From the NCBI GenBank assembly GCA_964016885.1, contig OZ024745.1, positions 59,396,001 to 59,460,000 of the forward strand: a stretch of DNA of 64,000 bases. The letters run 5' to 3'. The stretch's first letter is position 1; every line of letters starts with the position of its first letter. Below are positions 1-15,000 of this stretch, in pieces. The notes under the pieces were generated by a model. That model was not told the origin of the DNA. It ran no database searches and was given only the letters and a program-made list of their open reading frames with translations. This DNA comes from Eledone cirrhosa (taxonomy: Eukaryota). A program made the translations under genes and the position numbers.

Positions 1-3000
1 AAACCTCGACTTGGAGTGAAAACCTCGACTTGGAGTGAAAACCTCGACTTGGAGTGAGAACCTCGACTTGGAGTGAAAACCTCGACTTGGAGTGAGAACA
101 TCGACTTGGAGTGAAAACCTCGACTTGGAGTGAGAACCTCGACTTGGAGTGAAAACCTCGACTTGGAGTGAGAACCTCGACTTGGAGTGAGAACCTCGAC
201 TTGGAGTGAGAACCTCGACTTGGAGTGAGAACCTCGACTTGGAGTGAGAACCTCGCCTTGGAGTGAGAACCTCGACTTGGAGTGAAAACTTCGACTTGGA
301 GTGAAAACTTCGACTTGGAGTGAGACCCTCGACTTGGAGTGAAAACCTCGACTTGGAGTGAAAACCTCGACTTGGAGTGAAAACCTCGACTTGGAGTGAG
401 AACCTCGACTTGGAGTGAAAACCTCGACTTGGAGTGAGAACCTCGACTTGGAGTGAAAACCTCGACTTGGAGTGAGAACCTCGACTTGGAGTGAAAACCT
501 CGACTTGGAGTGAAAACCTCGACTTGGAGTGAGAACCTCGACTTGGAGTGAAAACCTCGACTTGGAGTGAGAACCTCGACTTGGAGTGAGAACCTCGACT
601 TGGAGTGAGAACCTCGAGTTGGAGTGAAAACCTCGAGTTGGAGTGAAAACCTCGACTTGGAGTGAAAACCTCGACTTGGAGTGAAAACCTCGACTTGGAG
701 TGAAAACCTCGACTTGGAGTGAGAACCTCGACTTGGAGTGAAAACCTCGACTTGGAGTGAGAACCTCGACTTGGAGTGAAAACCTCGACTTGGAGTGAGA
801 ACCTTGACTTGGAGTGAAAACCTCGACTTGGAGTGAAAACCTCGACTTGGAGTGAGAACCTCGACTTGGAGTGAAAACCTCGACTTGGAGTGAAAACCTC
901 GACTTGGAGTGAGAACCTCGACTTGGAGTGAGAACCTCGACTTGGAGTGAGAACCGCGACTTGGAGTGAGAACCGCGACTTAGAGTGAAAACCTCGACTT
1001 GGAGTGAGAACCTCGACTTGGAGTGAGAACCTCGACTTGGAGTGAGAACCTCGACTTGGAGTGAGAACCTCGACTTGGAGTGAGAACCTCGACTTGGAGT
1101 GAAAACCTCGACTTGGAGTGAGAACCTCGACTTGGAGTGAGAACCTCGACTTGGAGTGAGAACCTCGACTTGGAGTGAGAACCTCGACTTGGAGTGAAAA
1201 CCTCGACTTGGAGTGAAAACCTCGACTTGGAGTGAGAACCTCGACTTGGAGTGAGAACCTCGACTTGGAGTGAGAACCTCGACTTGGAGTGAGAACCTCG
1301 ACTTGGAGTGAGAACCTCGACTTGGAGTGAAAACCTCGACTTGGAGTGAAAACCTCGACTTGGAGTGAAAACCTCGACTTGGAGTGAGAACCTCGACTTG
1401 GAGTGAGAACCTCGACTTGGAGTGAAAACCTCGACTTGGAGTGAAAACCTCGACTTGGAGTGAGAACCTCGACTTGGAGTGAGAACCTCGACTTGCAGTG
1501 AGAACCTCGACTTGCAGTGAGAACCTCGACTTGGAGTGAAAACCTCGACTTGGAGTGAAAACCTCGACTTGGAGTGAGAACCTCGACTTGGAGTGAAAAC
1601 CTCGACTTGGAGTGAGAACCTCGACTTGGAGTGAGAACCTCGACTTGGAGTGAGAACCTCGACTTGGAGTGAGAACCTCGACTTGGAGTGAAAACCTCGA
1701 CTTGGAGTGAAAACCTCGACTTGGAGTGAGAACCTCGACTTGGAGTGATAACCTCGACTTGGAGTGAGAACCTCGACTTGGAGTGAGAACCTCGACTTGG
1801 AGTGAGAACCTCGACTTGGAGTGAAAACCTCGACTTGGAGTGAAAACCTCGACTTGGAGTGAGAACCTCGACTTGGAGTGAGAACCTCGACTTGGAGTGA
1901 GAACCTCGACTTGGAGTGAGAACCTCGACTTGGAGTGAGAACCTCGACTTGGAGTGAAAACCTCGACTTGGAGTGAGAACCTCGACTTGGAGTGAGAACC
2001 TCGACTTGCAGTGAGAACCTCGACTTGCAGTGAGAACCTCGACTTGGAGTGAAAACCTCGACTTGGAGTGAAAACCTCGACTTGGAGTGAAAACCTCGAC
2101 TTGGAGTGAAAACCTCGACTTGGAGTGAAAACCTCGACTTGGAGTGAAAACCTCGATTTGGAGTGAAAACCTAGACTTGGAGTGAAAACCTCGATTTGGA
2201 GTGAAAACCTCGATTTGGAGTGAAAACCTCGATTTGGAGTGAAAACCTCGACTTGGAGTGAAAACCTCGACTTGGAGTGAGAACCTCGACTTGGAGTGAG
2301 AACCTCGAGTTGGAGTGAAAACCTCGACTTGGAGTGAGAACCTCGACTTGGAGTGAAAACCTCGACTTGGAGTGAGAACCTCGAGTTGGAGTGAAAACCT
2401 CGACTTGGAGTGAAAACCTCGAGTTGGAGTGAAAACCTCGACTTGGAGTGAAAACCTCGACTTGGAGTGAAAACCTCGACTTGGAGTGAAAACCTCGACT
2501 TGGAGTGAGAACCTCGACTTGGAGTGAAAACCTCGACTTGGAGTGAGAACCTCGACTTGGAGTGAAAACCTCGACTTGGAGTGAGAACCTTGACTTGGAG
2601 TGAAAACCTCGACTTGGAGTGAAAACCTCGACTTGGAGTGAGAACCTCGACTTGGAGTGAAAACCTCGACTTGGAGTGAAAACCTCGACTTGGAGTGAGA
2701 ACCTCGACTTGGAGTGAAAACCTCGAGTTGGAGTGAAAACCTCGACTTGGAGTGAGAACCTCGACTTGGAGTGAAAACCTCGACTTGGAGTGAAAACCTC
2801 GACTTGGAGTGAGAACCTCGACTTGGAGTGAGAACCTCGACTTGGAGTGAGAACCTCGACTTGGAGTGAGAACCGCGACTTGGAGTGAGAACCGCGACTT
2901 AGAGTGAAAACCTCGACTTGGAGTGAGAACCTCGACTTGGAGTGAGAACCTCGACTTGGAGTGAGAACCTCGACTTGGAGTGAGAACCTCGACTTGGAGT

Positions 3001-6000
3001 GAGAACCTCGACTTGGAGTGAAAACCTCGACTTGGAGTGAGAACCTCGACTTGGAGTGAGAACCTCGACTTGGAGTGAGAACCTCGACTTGGAGTGAGAA
3101 CCTCGACTTGGAGTGAGAACCTCGACTTGGAGTGAGAACCGCGACTTGGAGTGAGAACCGCGACTTAGAGTGAAAACCTCGACTTGGAGTGAGAACCTCG
3201 ACTTGGAGTGAGAACTTCGACTTGGAGTGAGAACCTCGACTTGGAGTGAGAACCTCGACTTGGAGTGAAAACCTCGACTTGGAGTGAGAACCTCGACTTG
3301 GAGTGAGAACCTCGACTTGGAGTGAGAACCTCGACTTGGAGTGAAAACCTCGACTTGGAGTGAGAACCTCGACTTGGAGTGAGAACCTCGACTTGGAGTG
3401 ATAACCTCGACTTGGAGTGAGAACCTCGACTTGGAGTGAGAACCTCGACTTGGAGTGAGAACCTCGACTTGGAGTGAAAACCTCGAGTTGGAGTGAAAAC
3501 CTCGACTTGGAGTGAGAACCTCGACTTGGAGTGAAAACCTCGACTTGGAGTGAAAACCTCGACTTGGAGTGAGAACCTCGACTTGGAGTGAGAACCTCGA
3601 CTTGGAGTGAGAACCGCGACTTGGAGTGAGAACCGCGACTTAGAGTGAAAACCTCGACTTGGAGTGAGAACCTCGACTTGGAGTGAGAACCTCGACTTGG
3701 AGTGAGAACCTCGACTTGGAGTGAGAACCTCGACTTGGAGTGAGAACCTTGACTTGGAGTGAAAACCTCGACTTGGAGTGAGAACCTCGACTTGGAGTGA
3801 GAACCTCGACTTGGAGTGAGAACCTCGACTTGGAGTGAGAACCGCGACTTGGAGTGAGAACCGCGACTTAGAGTGAAAACCTCGACTTGGAGTGAGAACC
3901 TCGACTTGGAGTGAGAACTTCGACTTGGAGTGAGAACCTCGACTTGGAGTGAGAACCTCGACTTGGAGTGAAAACCTCGACTTGGAGTGAGAACCTCGAC
4001 TTGGAGTGAGAACCTCGACTTGGAGTGAGAACCTCGACTTGGAGTGAAAACCTCGACTTGGAGTGAGAACCTCGACTTGGAGTGAGAACCTCGACTTGGA
4101 GTGATAACCTCGACTTGGAGTGAGAACCTCGACTTGGAGTGAGAACCTCGACTTGGAGTGAGAACCTCGACTTGGAGTGAAAACCTCGACTTGGAGTGAA
4201 AACCTCGACTTGGAGTGAAAACCTCGACTTGGAGTGAAAACCTCGACTAGGAGTGAAAACCTCGACTTGGAGTGAGAACCTCGACTTGGAGTGAAAACCT
4301 CGACTAGGAGTGAAAACCTCGACTTGGAGTGAGAACCTCGACTTGGAGTGAAAACCTCGACTTGGAGTGAGAACCTCGACTTGGAGTGAAAACCTCGACT
4401 TGGAGTGACAACCTCGCCTTGGAGTGAAAACCTCGACTTTGAGTGAGAACCTCGCCTTGGAGTGAAAACCTCGACTTTGAGTGAGAACCTCGCCTTGGAG
4501 TGAAAACCTCGACTTTGAGTAAGAACCTCGCCTTGGAGTGAAAACCTCGACTTGGAGTGAAAACCTCGACTTGGAGTGAAAACCTCGACTTGGAGTGAAA
4601 ACCTCGACTTGGAGTGAAAACCTCGATTTGGAGTGAAAACCTCGACTTGGAGTGAAAACCTCGACTTGGAGTGAGAACCTCGACGTGGAGTGAGAACCTC
4701 GACTTGGAGTGAGAACCTCGACTTGGAGTGAGAACCTCGACTTGGAGTGAAAACCTCGACTTGGAGTGAAAACCTCGACTTGGAGTGAGAACCTCGACTT
4801 GGAGTGAGAACCTCGACTTGGAGTGAAAACCTCGACTTGGAGTGAAAACCTCGACTTGGAGTGAGAACCTCGACTTGGAGTGAGAACCTCGACTTGGAGT
4901 GAGAACCGCGACTTGGAGTGAGAACCGCGACTTAGAGTGAAAACCTCGACTTGGAGTGAGAACCTCGACTTGGAGTGAGAACCTCGACTTGGAGTGAGAA
5001 CCTCGACTTGGAGTGAGAACCTCGACTTGGAGTGAGAACCTCGACTTGGAGTGAAAACCTCGACTTGGAGTGAGAACCTCGACTTGGAGTGAGAACCTCG
5101 ACTTGGAGTGAGAACCTCGACTTGGAGTGAGAACCTCGACTTGGAGTGAAAACCTCGACTTGGAGTGAAAACCTCGACTTGGAGTGAGAACCTCGACTTG
5201 GAGTGATAACCTCGACTTGGAGTGAGAACCTCGACTTGGAGTGAGAACCTCGACTTGGAGTGAGAACCTCGACTTGGAGTGAAAACCTCGACTTGGAGTG
5301 AAAACCTCGACTTGGAGTGAAAACCTCGACTTGGAGTGAGAACCTCGACTTGGAGTGAGAACCTCGACTTGGAGTGAGAACCTCGACTTGGAGTGAGAAC
5401 CTCGACTTGGAGTGAGAACCTCGACTTGGAGTGAAAACCTCGACTTGGAGTGAGAACCTCGACTTGGAGTGAGAACCTCGACTTGCAGTGAGAACCTCGA
5501 CTTGCAGTGAGAACCTCGACTTGGAGTGAAAACCTCGACTTGGAGTGAAAACCTCGACTTGGAGTGAAAACCTCGACTTGGAGTGAAAACCTCGACTTGG
5601 AGTGAAAACCTCGACTTGGAGTGAAAACCTCGATTTGGAGTGAAAACCTAGACTTGGAGTGAAAACCTCGATTTGGAGTGAAAACCTCGATTTGGAGTGA
5701 AAACCTCGATTTGGAGTGAAAACCTCGACTTGGAGTGAAAACCTCGACTTGGAGTGAGAACCTCGACTTGGAGTGAGAACCTCGAGTTGGAGTGAAAACC
5801 TCGACTTGGAGTGAGAACCTCGACTTGGAGTGAAAACCTCGACTTGGAGTGAGAACCTCGAGTTGGAGTGAAAACCTCGACTTGGAGTGAAAACCTCGAC
5901 TTGGAGTGAGAACCTCGACTTGGAGTGAAAACCTCGACTTGGAGTGAGAACCTCGACTTGGAGTGAAAACCTCGACTTGGAGTGAGAACCTCGACTTGGA

Positions 6001-9000
6001 GTGAAAACCTCGACTTGGAGTGAGAACCTTGACTTGGAGTGAAAACCTCGACTTGGAGTGAAAACCTCGACTTGGAGTGAGAACCTCGACTTGGAGTGAA
6101 AACCTCGACTTGGAGTGAAAACCTCGACTTGGAGTGAGAACCTCGACTTGGAGTGAAAACCTCGAGTTGGAGTGAAAACCTCGACTTGGAGTGAGAACCT
6201 CGACTTGGAGTGAAAACCTCGACTTGGAGTGAAAACCTCGACTTGGAGTGAAAACCTCGACTTGGAGTGAGAACCTCGACTTGGAGTGAGAACCGCGACT
6301 TGGAGTGAGAACCGCGACTTAGAGTGAAAACCTCGACTTGGAGTGAGAACCTCGACTTGGAGTGAGAACCTCGACTTGGAGTGAGAACCTCGACTTGGAG
6401 TGAGAACCTCGACTTGGAGTGAGAACCTCGACTTGGAGTGAGAACCGCGACTTGGAGTGAGAACCGCGACTTAGAGTGAAAACCTCGACTTGGAGTGAGA
6501 ACCTCGACTTGGAGTGAGAACTTCGACTTGGAGTGAGAACCTCGACTTGGAGTGAGAACCTCGACTTGGAGTGAGAACCTCGACTTGGAGTGAAAACCTC
6601 GACTTGGAGTGAGAACCTCGACTTGGAGTGAGAACCTCGACTTGGAGTGAGAACCTCGACTTGGAGTGAAAACCTCGACTTGGAGTGAGAACCTCGACTT
6701 GGAGTGAGAACCTCGACTTGGAGTGAGAACCTCGACTTGGAGTGAGAACCTCGACTTGGAGTGAGAACCTCGACTTGGAGTGAGAACCTCGACTTGGAGT
6801 GAAAACCTCGACTTGGAGTGAAAACCTCGACTTGGAGTGAAAACCTCGACTTGGAGTGAAAACCTCGACTAGGAGTGAAAACCTCGACTTGGAGTGAGAA
6901 CCTCGACTTGGAGTGAAAACCTCGACTAGGAGTGAAAACCTCGACTTGGAGTGAGAACCTCGACTTGGAGTGAAAACCTCGACTTGGAGTGAGAACCTCG
7001 ACTTGGAGTGAAAACCTCGACTTGGAGTGACAACCTCGCCTTGGAGTGAAAACCTCGACTTTGAGTGAGAACCTCGCCTTGGAGTGAAAACCTCGACTTT
7101 GAGTGAGAACCTCGCCTTGGAGTGAAAACCTCGACTTGGAGTGAAAACCTCGACTTGGAGTGAAAACCTCGACTTGGAGTGAAAACCTCGACTTGGAGTG
7201 AAAACCTCGATTTGGAGTGAAAACCTCGACTTGGAGTGAAAACCTCGACTTGGAGTGAAAACCTCGATTTGGAGTGAAAACCTAGACTTGGAGTGAAAAC
7301 CTCGACTTGGAGTGAAAACCTCGAGTTGCAGTGAGAACCTCGACTTGGAGTGAGAACCTCGACTTGGAGTGAAAACCTCGACTTGGAGTGAAAACCTCGA
7401 CTTGGAGTGAAAACCTCGACTTGGAGTGAGAACCTCGACTTGGAGTGAGAACCTCGACTTGGAGTGAGAACCTCGACTTGGAGTGAAAACCTCGACTTGG
7501 AGTGAGAACCTCGACTTGGAGTGAGAACCTCGACTTGGAGTGAGAACCTCGACTTGGAGTGAGAACCTCGACTTGGAGTGAGAACCTCGACTTGGAGTGA
7601 GAACCTCGACTTGGAGTGAAAACCTCGACTTGGAGTGAAAACCTCGACTTGGAGTGAAAACCTCGACTTGGAGTGAAAACCTAGACTTGGAGTGAAAACC
7701 TAGACTTGGAGTGAGAACCTCGACTTGGAGTGAGAACCTCGACTTGGAGTGAGAACCTCGACTTGGAGTGAGAACCTCGACTTGGAGTGAAAACCTCGAC
7801 TTGGAGTGAAAACCTCGACTTGGAGTGAAAACCTCGACTTGGAGTGAAAACCTCGACTTGGAGTGAAAACCTCGACTTGGAGTGAGAACCTCGACTTGGA
7901 GTGAGAACCTCGACTTGGAGTGAGAACCTCGACTTGGAGTGAGAACCTCGACTTGGAGTGAGAACCTCGACTTGGAGTGAAAACCTCGACTTGGAGTGAA
8001 AACCTCGACTTGGAGTGAGAACCTCGACTTGGAGTGAGAACCTCGACTTGGAGTGAGAACCTCGACTTGGAGTGAAAACCTCGACTTGGAGTGAGAACCT
8101 CGACTTGGAGTGAAAACCTCGACTTGGAGTGAAAACCTCGACTTGGAGTGAAAACCTCGACTTGGAGTGAAAACCTCGACTTGGAGTGAAAACATCGACT
8201 TGGAGTGAGAACCTCGACTTTGAGTGAGAACCTCGCCTTGGAGTGAAAACCTCGATTTGGAGTGAAAACCTAGACTTGGAGTGAAAACCTAGACTTGGAG
8301 TGAAAACCTAGACTTGGAGTGAAAACCTAGACTTGGAGTGAAAACCTAGACTTGGAGTGAAAACCTCGATTTGGAGTGAGAACCTCGACTTTGAGTGAGA
8401 ACCTCGACTTGGAGTGAAAACCTCGACTTGGAGTGAAAACCTCGACTTGGAGTGAAAACCTCGACTTGGAGTGAAAACCTCGACTTGGAGTGAAAACCTC
8501 GATTTGGAGTTAAAACCTCGACTTGGAGTGAAAACCTCGACTTGGAGTGAGAACCTCGACGTGGAGTGAGAACCTCGACTTGGAGTGAGAACCTCGACTT
8601 GGAGTGAGAACCTCGACTTGGAGTGAAAACCTCGACTTGGAGTGAAAACCTCGACTTGGAGTGAGAACCTCGACTTGGAGTGAGAACCTCGACTTGGAGT
8701 GAAAACCTCGACTTGGAGTGAAAACCTCGACTTGGAGTGAGAACCTCGACTTGGAGTGAGAACCTCGACTTGGAGTGAGAACCGCGACTTGGAGTGAGAA
8801 CCGCGACTTAGAGTGAAAACCTCGACTTGGAGTGAGAACCTCGACTTGGAGTGAGAACCTCGACTTGGAGTGAGAACCTCGACTTGGAGTGAGAACCTCG
8901 ACTTGGAGTGAGAACCTCGACTTGGAGTGAAAACCTCGACTTGGAGTGAGAACCTCGACTTGGAGTGAGAACCTCGACTTGGAGTGAGAACCTCGACTTG

Positions 9001-12000
9001 GAGTGAGAACCTCGACTTGGAGTGAAAACCTCGACTTGGAGTGAAAACCTCGACTTGGAGTGAGAACCTCGACTTGGAGTGAGAACCGCGACTTGGAGTG
9101 AGAACCGCGACTTAGAGTGAAAACCTCGACTTGGAGTGAGAACCTCGACTTGGAGTGAGAACTTCGACTTGGAGTGAGAACCTCGACTTGGAGTGAGAAC
9201 CTCGACTTGGAGTGAGAACCTCGACTTGGAGTGAAAACCTCGACTTGGAGTGAGAACCTCGACTTGGAGTGAGAACCTCGACTTGGAGTGAGAACCTCGA
9301 CTTGGAGTGAAAACCTCGACTTGGAGTGAGAACCTCGACTTGGAGTGAGAACCTCGACTTGGAGTGATAACCTCGACTTGGAGTGAGAACCTCGACTTGG
9401 AGTGAGAACCTCGACTTGGAGTGAGAACCTCAACTTGGAGTGAAAACCTCGACTTGGAGCGAAAACCTCGACTTGGAGTGAAAACCTCGACTTGGAGTGA
9501 AAACCTCGACTAGGAGTGAAAACCTCGACTTGGAGTGAGAACCTCGACTTGGAGTGAAAACCTCGACTAGGAGTGAAAACCTCGACTTGGAGTGAGAACC
9601 TCGACTTGGAGTGAAAACCTCGACTTGGAGTGAGAACCTCGACTTGGAGTGAAAACCTCGACTTGGAGTGACAACCTCGCCTTGGAGTGAAAACCTCGAC
9701 TTTGAGTGAGAACCTCGCCTTGGAGTGAAAACCTCGACTTTGAGTGAGAACCTCGCCTTGGAGTGAAAACCTCGACTTTGAGTGAGAACCTCGCCTTGGA
9801 GTGAAAACCTCGACTTGGAGTGAAAACCTCGACTTGGAGTGAAAACCTCGACTTGGAGTGAAAACCTCGACTTGGAGTGAAAACCTCGATTTGGAGTGAA
9901 AACCTCGACTTGGAGTGAAAACCTCGACTTGGAGTGAAAACCTCGATTTGGAGTGAAAACCTAGACTTGGAGTGAAAAGCTCGATTTGGAGTGAAAACCT
10001 CGAGTTGCAGTGAGAACCTCGACTTGGAGTGAGAACCTCGACTTGGAGTGAAAACCTCGACTTGGAGTGAAAACCTCGACTTGGAGTGAAAACCTCGACT
10101 TGGAGTGAGAACCTCGACTTGGAGTGAGAACCTCGACTTGGAGTGAGAACCTCGACTTGGAGTGAGAACCTCGACTTGGAGTGAGAACCTCGACTTGGAG
10201 TGAAAACCTCGACTTGGAGTGAAAACCTCGACTTGGAGTGAAAACCTCGATTTGGAGTGAAAACCTCGACTTGGAGTGAAAACCTCGACAAGGAGTGAAA
10301 ACCTCGACTTGGAGTGAAAACCTCGACTTGGAGTGAAAACCTAGACTTGGAGTGAAAACCTAGACTTGGAGTGAGAACCTCGACTTGGAGTGAGAACCTC
10401 GACTTGGAGTGAGAACCTCGACTTGGAGTGAGAACCTCGACTTGGAGTGAAAACCTCGACTTGGAGTGAAAACCTCGACTTGGAGTGAAAACCTCGACTT
10501 GGAGTGAAAACCTCGACTTGGAGTGAAAACCTCGACTTGGAGTGAGAACCTCGACTTGGAGTGAGAACCTCGACTTGGAGTGAGAACCTCGACTTGGAGT
10601 GAGAACCTCGACTTGGAGTGAGAACCTCGACTTGGAGTGAAAACCTCGACTTGGAGTGAAAACCTCGACTTGGAGTGAGAACCTCGACTTGGAGTGAGAA
10701 CCTCGACTTGGAGTGAGAACCTCGACTTGGAGTGAGAACCTCGACTTGGAGTGAGAACCTCGACTTGGAGTGAAAACTCGACTTGGAGTGAGAACCTCGA
10801 CTTGGAGTGAAAACCTCGACTTGGAGTGAGAACCTCGACTTGGAGTGAAAACCTCGACTTGGAGTGAAAACCTCGACTTGGAGTGAAAACCTCGACTTGG
10901 AGTGAGATCCTCGACTTTGAGTGAGAACCTCGCCTTGGAGTGAAAACCTCGATTTGGAGTGAAAACCTAGACTTGGAGTGAAAACCTAGACTTGGAGTGA
11001 AAACCTAGACTTGGAGTGAAAACCTAGACTTGGAGTGAAAACCTAGACTTGGAGTGAAAACCTCGATTTGGAGTGAGAACCTCGACTTGGAGTGAGAACC
11101 TCGACTTGGAGTGAAAACCTCGACTTGGAGTGAAAACCTCGACTTGGAGTGAAAACCTCGACTTGGAGTGAAAACCTCGATTTGGAGTGAAAACCTCGAC
11201 TTGGAGTGAAAACCTCGACTTGGAGTGAGAACCTCGACGTGGAGTGAGAACCTCGACTTGGAGTGAGAACCTCGACTTGGAGTGAAAACCTCGACTTGGA
11301 GTGAAAACCTCGACTTGGAGTGAGAACCTCGACTTGGAGTGAGAACCTCGACTTGGAGTGAAAACCTCGACTTGGAGTGAAAACCTCGACTTGGAGTGAG
11401 AACCTCGACTTGGAGTGAGAACCTCGACTTGGAGTGAGAACCGCGACTTGGAGTGAGAACCGCGACTTAGAGTGAAAACCTCGACTTGGAGTGAGAACCT
11501 CGACTTGGAGTGAGAACCTCGACTTGGAGTGAGAACCTCGACTTGGAGTGAGAACCTCGACTTGGAGTGAGAACCTCGACTTGGAGTGAGAACCTCGACT
11601 TGGAGTGAGAACCTCGACTTGGAGTGAGAACCTCGACTTGGAGTGAAAACCTCGACTTGGAGTGAAAACCTCGACTTGGAGTGAGAACCTCGACTTGGAG
11701 TGATAACCTCGACTTGGAGTGAGAACCTCGACTTGGAGTGAGAACCTCGACTTGGAGTGAGAACCTCGACTTGGAGTGAAAACCTCGACTTGGAGTGAAA
11801 ACCTCGACTTGGAGTGAAAACCTCGACTTGGAGTGAGAACCTCGACTTGGAGTGAGAACCTCGACTTGGAGTGAGAACCTCGACTTGGAGTGAGAACCTC
11901 GACTTGGAGTGAAAACCTCGACTTGGAGTGAGAACCTCGACTTGGAGTGAGAACCTCGACTTGCAGTGAGAACCTCGACTTGGAGTGAGAACCTCGACTT

Positions 12001-15000
12001 GGAGTGAAAACCTCGACTTGGAGTGAAAACCTCGACTTGGAGTGAAAACCTCGACTTGGAGTGAAAACCTCGACTTGGAGTGAAAACCTCGACTTGGAGT
12101 GAAAACCTCGATTTGGAGTGAAAACCTAGACTTGGAGTGAAAACCTCGATTTGGAGTGAAAACCTCGATTTGGAGTGAAAACCTCGATTTGGAGTGAAAA
12201 CCTCGACTTGGAGTGAAAACCTCGACTTGGAGTGAGAACCTCGACTTGGAGTGAGAACCTCGAGTTGGAGTGAAAACCTCGACTTGGAGTGAGAACCTCG
12301 ACTTGGAGTGAGAACCTCGACTTGGAGTGAAAACCTCGACTTGGAGTGAGAACCTCGAGTTGGAGTGAAAACCTCGACTTGGAGTGAAAACCTCGACTTG
12401 GAGTGAGAACCTCGACTTGGAGTGAAAACCTCGACTTGGAGTGAGAACCTCGACTTGGAGTGAAAACCTCGACTTGGAGTGAGAACCTCGACTTGGAGTG
12501 AAAACCTCGACTTGGAGTGAGAACCTTGACTTGGAGTGAAAACCTCGACTTGGAGTGAAAACCTCGACTTGGAGTGAGAACCTCGACTTGGAGTGAAAAC
12601 CTCGACTTGGAGTGAAAACCTCGACTTGGAGTGAAAACCTCGACTTGGAGTGAAAACCTCGAGTTGGAGTGAAAACCTCGACTTGGAGTGAGAACCTCGA
12701 CTTGGAGTGAAAACCTCGACTTGGAGTGAAAACCTCGACTTGGAGTGAGAACCGCGACTTGGAGTGAGAACCGCGACTTGGAGTGAGAACCGCGACTTAG
12801 AGTGAAAACCTCGACTTGGAGTGAGAACCGCGACTTAGAGTGAAAACCTCGACTTGGAGTGAGAACCTCGACTTGGAGTGAGAACCTCGACTTGGAGTGA
12901 GAACCTCGACTTGGAGTGAGAACCTCGACTTGGAGTGAGAACCTCGACTTGGAGTGAGAACCGCGACTTGGAGTGAGAACCGCGACTTAGAGTGAAAACC
13001 TCGACTTGGAGTGAGAACCTCGACTTGGAGTGAGAACTTCGACTTGGAGTGAGAACCTCGACTTGGAGTGAGAACCTCGACTTGGAGTGAGAACCTCGAC
13101 TTGGAGTGAAAACCTCGACTTGGAGTGAGAACCTCGACTTGGAGTGAGAACCTCGACTTGGAGTGAGAACCTCGACTTGGAGTGAAAACCTCGACTTGGA
13201 GTGAGAACCTCGACTTGGAGTGAAAACCTCGACTTGGAGTGAGAACCTCGACTTGGAGTGAGAACCTCGACTTGGAGTGATAACCTCGACTTGTAGTGAG
13301 AACATCGACTTGGAGTGAGAACCTCGACTTGGAGTGAGAACCTCGACTTGGAGTGAAAACCTCGACTTGGAGTGAAAACCTCGACTTGGAGTGAAAACCT
13401 CGACTTGGAGTGAAAACCTCGACTAGGAGTGAAAACCTCGACTTGGAGTGAGAACCTCGACTTGGAGTGAAAACCTCGACTAGGAGTGAAAACCTCGACT
13501 TGGAGTGAGAACCTCGACTTGGAGTGAGAACCTCGACTTGGAGTGAGAACCTCGACTTGGAGTGAGAACCTCGACTTGGAGTGAGAACCTCGACTTGGAG
13601 TGAAAACCTCGACTTGGAGTGAAAACCTCGACTTGGAGTGAGAACCTCGACTTGGAGTGAGAACCTCGACTTGGAGTGAGAACCTCGACTTGGAGTGAGA
13701 ACCTCGACTTGGAGTGAGAACCTCGACTTGGAGTGAAAACTCGACTTGGAGTGAGAACCTCGACTTGGAGTGAAAACCTCGACTTGGAGTGAGAACCTCG
13801 ACTTGGAGTGAAAACCTCGACTTGGAGTGAAAACCTCGACTTGGAGTGAAAACCTCGACTTGGAGTGAGAACCTCGACTTTGAGTGAGAACCTCGCCTTG
13901 GAGTGAAAACCTCGATTTGGAGTGAAAACCTAGACTTGGAGTGAAAACCTAGACTTGGAGTGAAAACCTAGACTTGGAGTGAAAACCTAGACTTGGAGTG
14001 AAAACCTAGACTTGGAGTGAAAACCTCGATTTGGAGTGAGAACCTCGACTTGGAGTGAGAACCTCGACTTGGAGTGAAAACCTCGACTTGGAGTGAAAAC
14101 CTCGACTTGGAGTGAAAACCTCGACTTGGAGTGAAAACCTCGATTTGGAGTGAAAACCTCGACTTGGAGTGAAAACCTCGACTTGGAGTGAGAACCTCGA
14201 CGTGGAGTGAGAACCTCGACTTGGAGTGAGAACCTCGACTTGGAGTGAAAACCTCGACTTGGAGTGAAAACCTCGACTTGGAGTGAGAACCTCGACTTGG
14301 AGTGAGAACCTCGACTTGGAGTGAAAACCTCGACTTGGAGTGAAAACCTCGACTTGGAGTGAGAACCTCGACTTGGAGTGAGAACCTCGACTTGGAGTGA
14401 GAACCGCGACTTGGAGTGAGAACCGCGACTTAGAGTGAAAACCTCGACTTGGAGTGAGAACCTCGACTTGGAGTGAGAACCTCGACTTGGAGTGAGAACC
14501 TCGACTTGGAGTGAGAACCTCGACTTGGAGTGAGAACCTCGACTTGGAGTGAGAACCTCGACTTGGAGTGAGAACCTCGACTTGGAGTGAGAACCTCGAC
14601 TTGGAGTGAAAACCTCGACTTGGAGTGAAAACCTCGACTTGGAGTGAGAACCTCGACTTGGAGTGATAACCTCGACTTGGAGTGAGAACCTCGACTTGGA
14701 GTGAGAACCTCGACTTGGAGTGAGAACCTCGACTTGGAGTGAAAACCTCGACTTGGAGTGAAAACCTCGACTTGGAGTGAAAACCTCGACTTGGAGTGAG
14801 AACCTCGACTTGGAGTGAGAACCTCGACTTGGAGTGAGAACCTCGACTTGGAGTGAGAACCTCGACTTGGAGTGAAAACCTCGACTTGGAGTGAGAACCT
14901 CGACTTGGAGTGAGAACCTCGACTTGCAGTGAGAACCTCGACTTGGAGTGAGAACCTCGACTTGGAGTGAAAACCTCGACTTGGAGTGAAAACCTCGACT

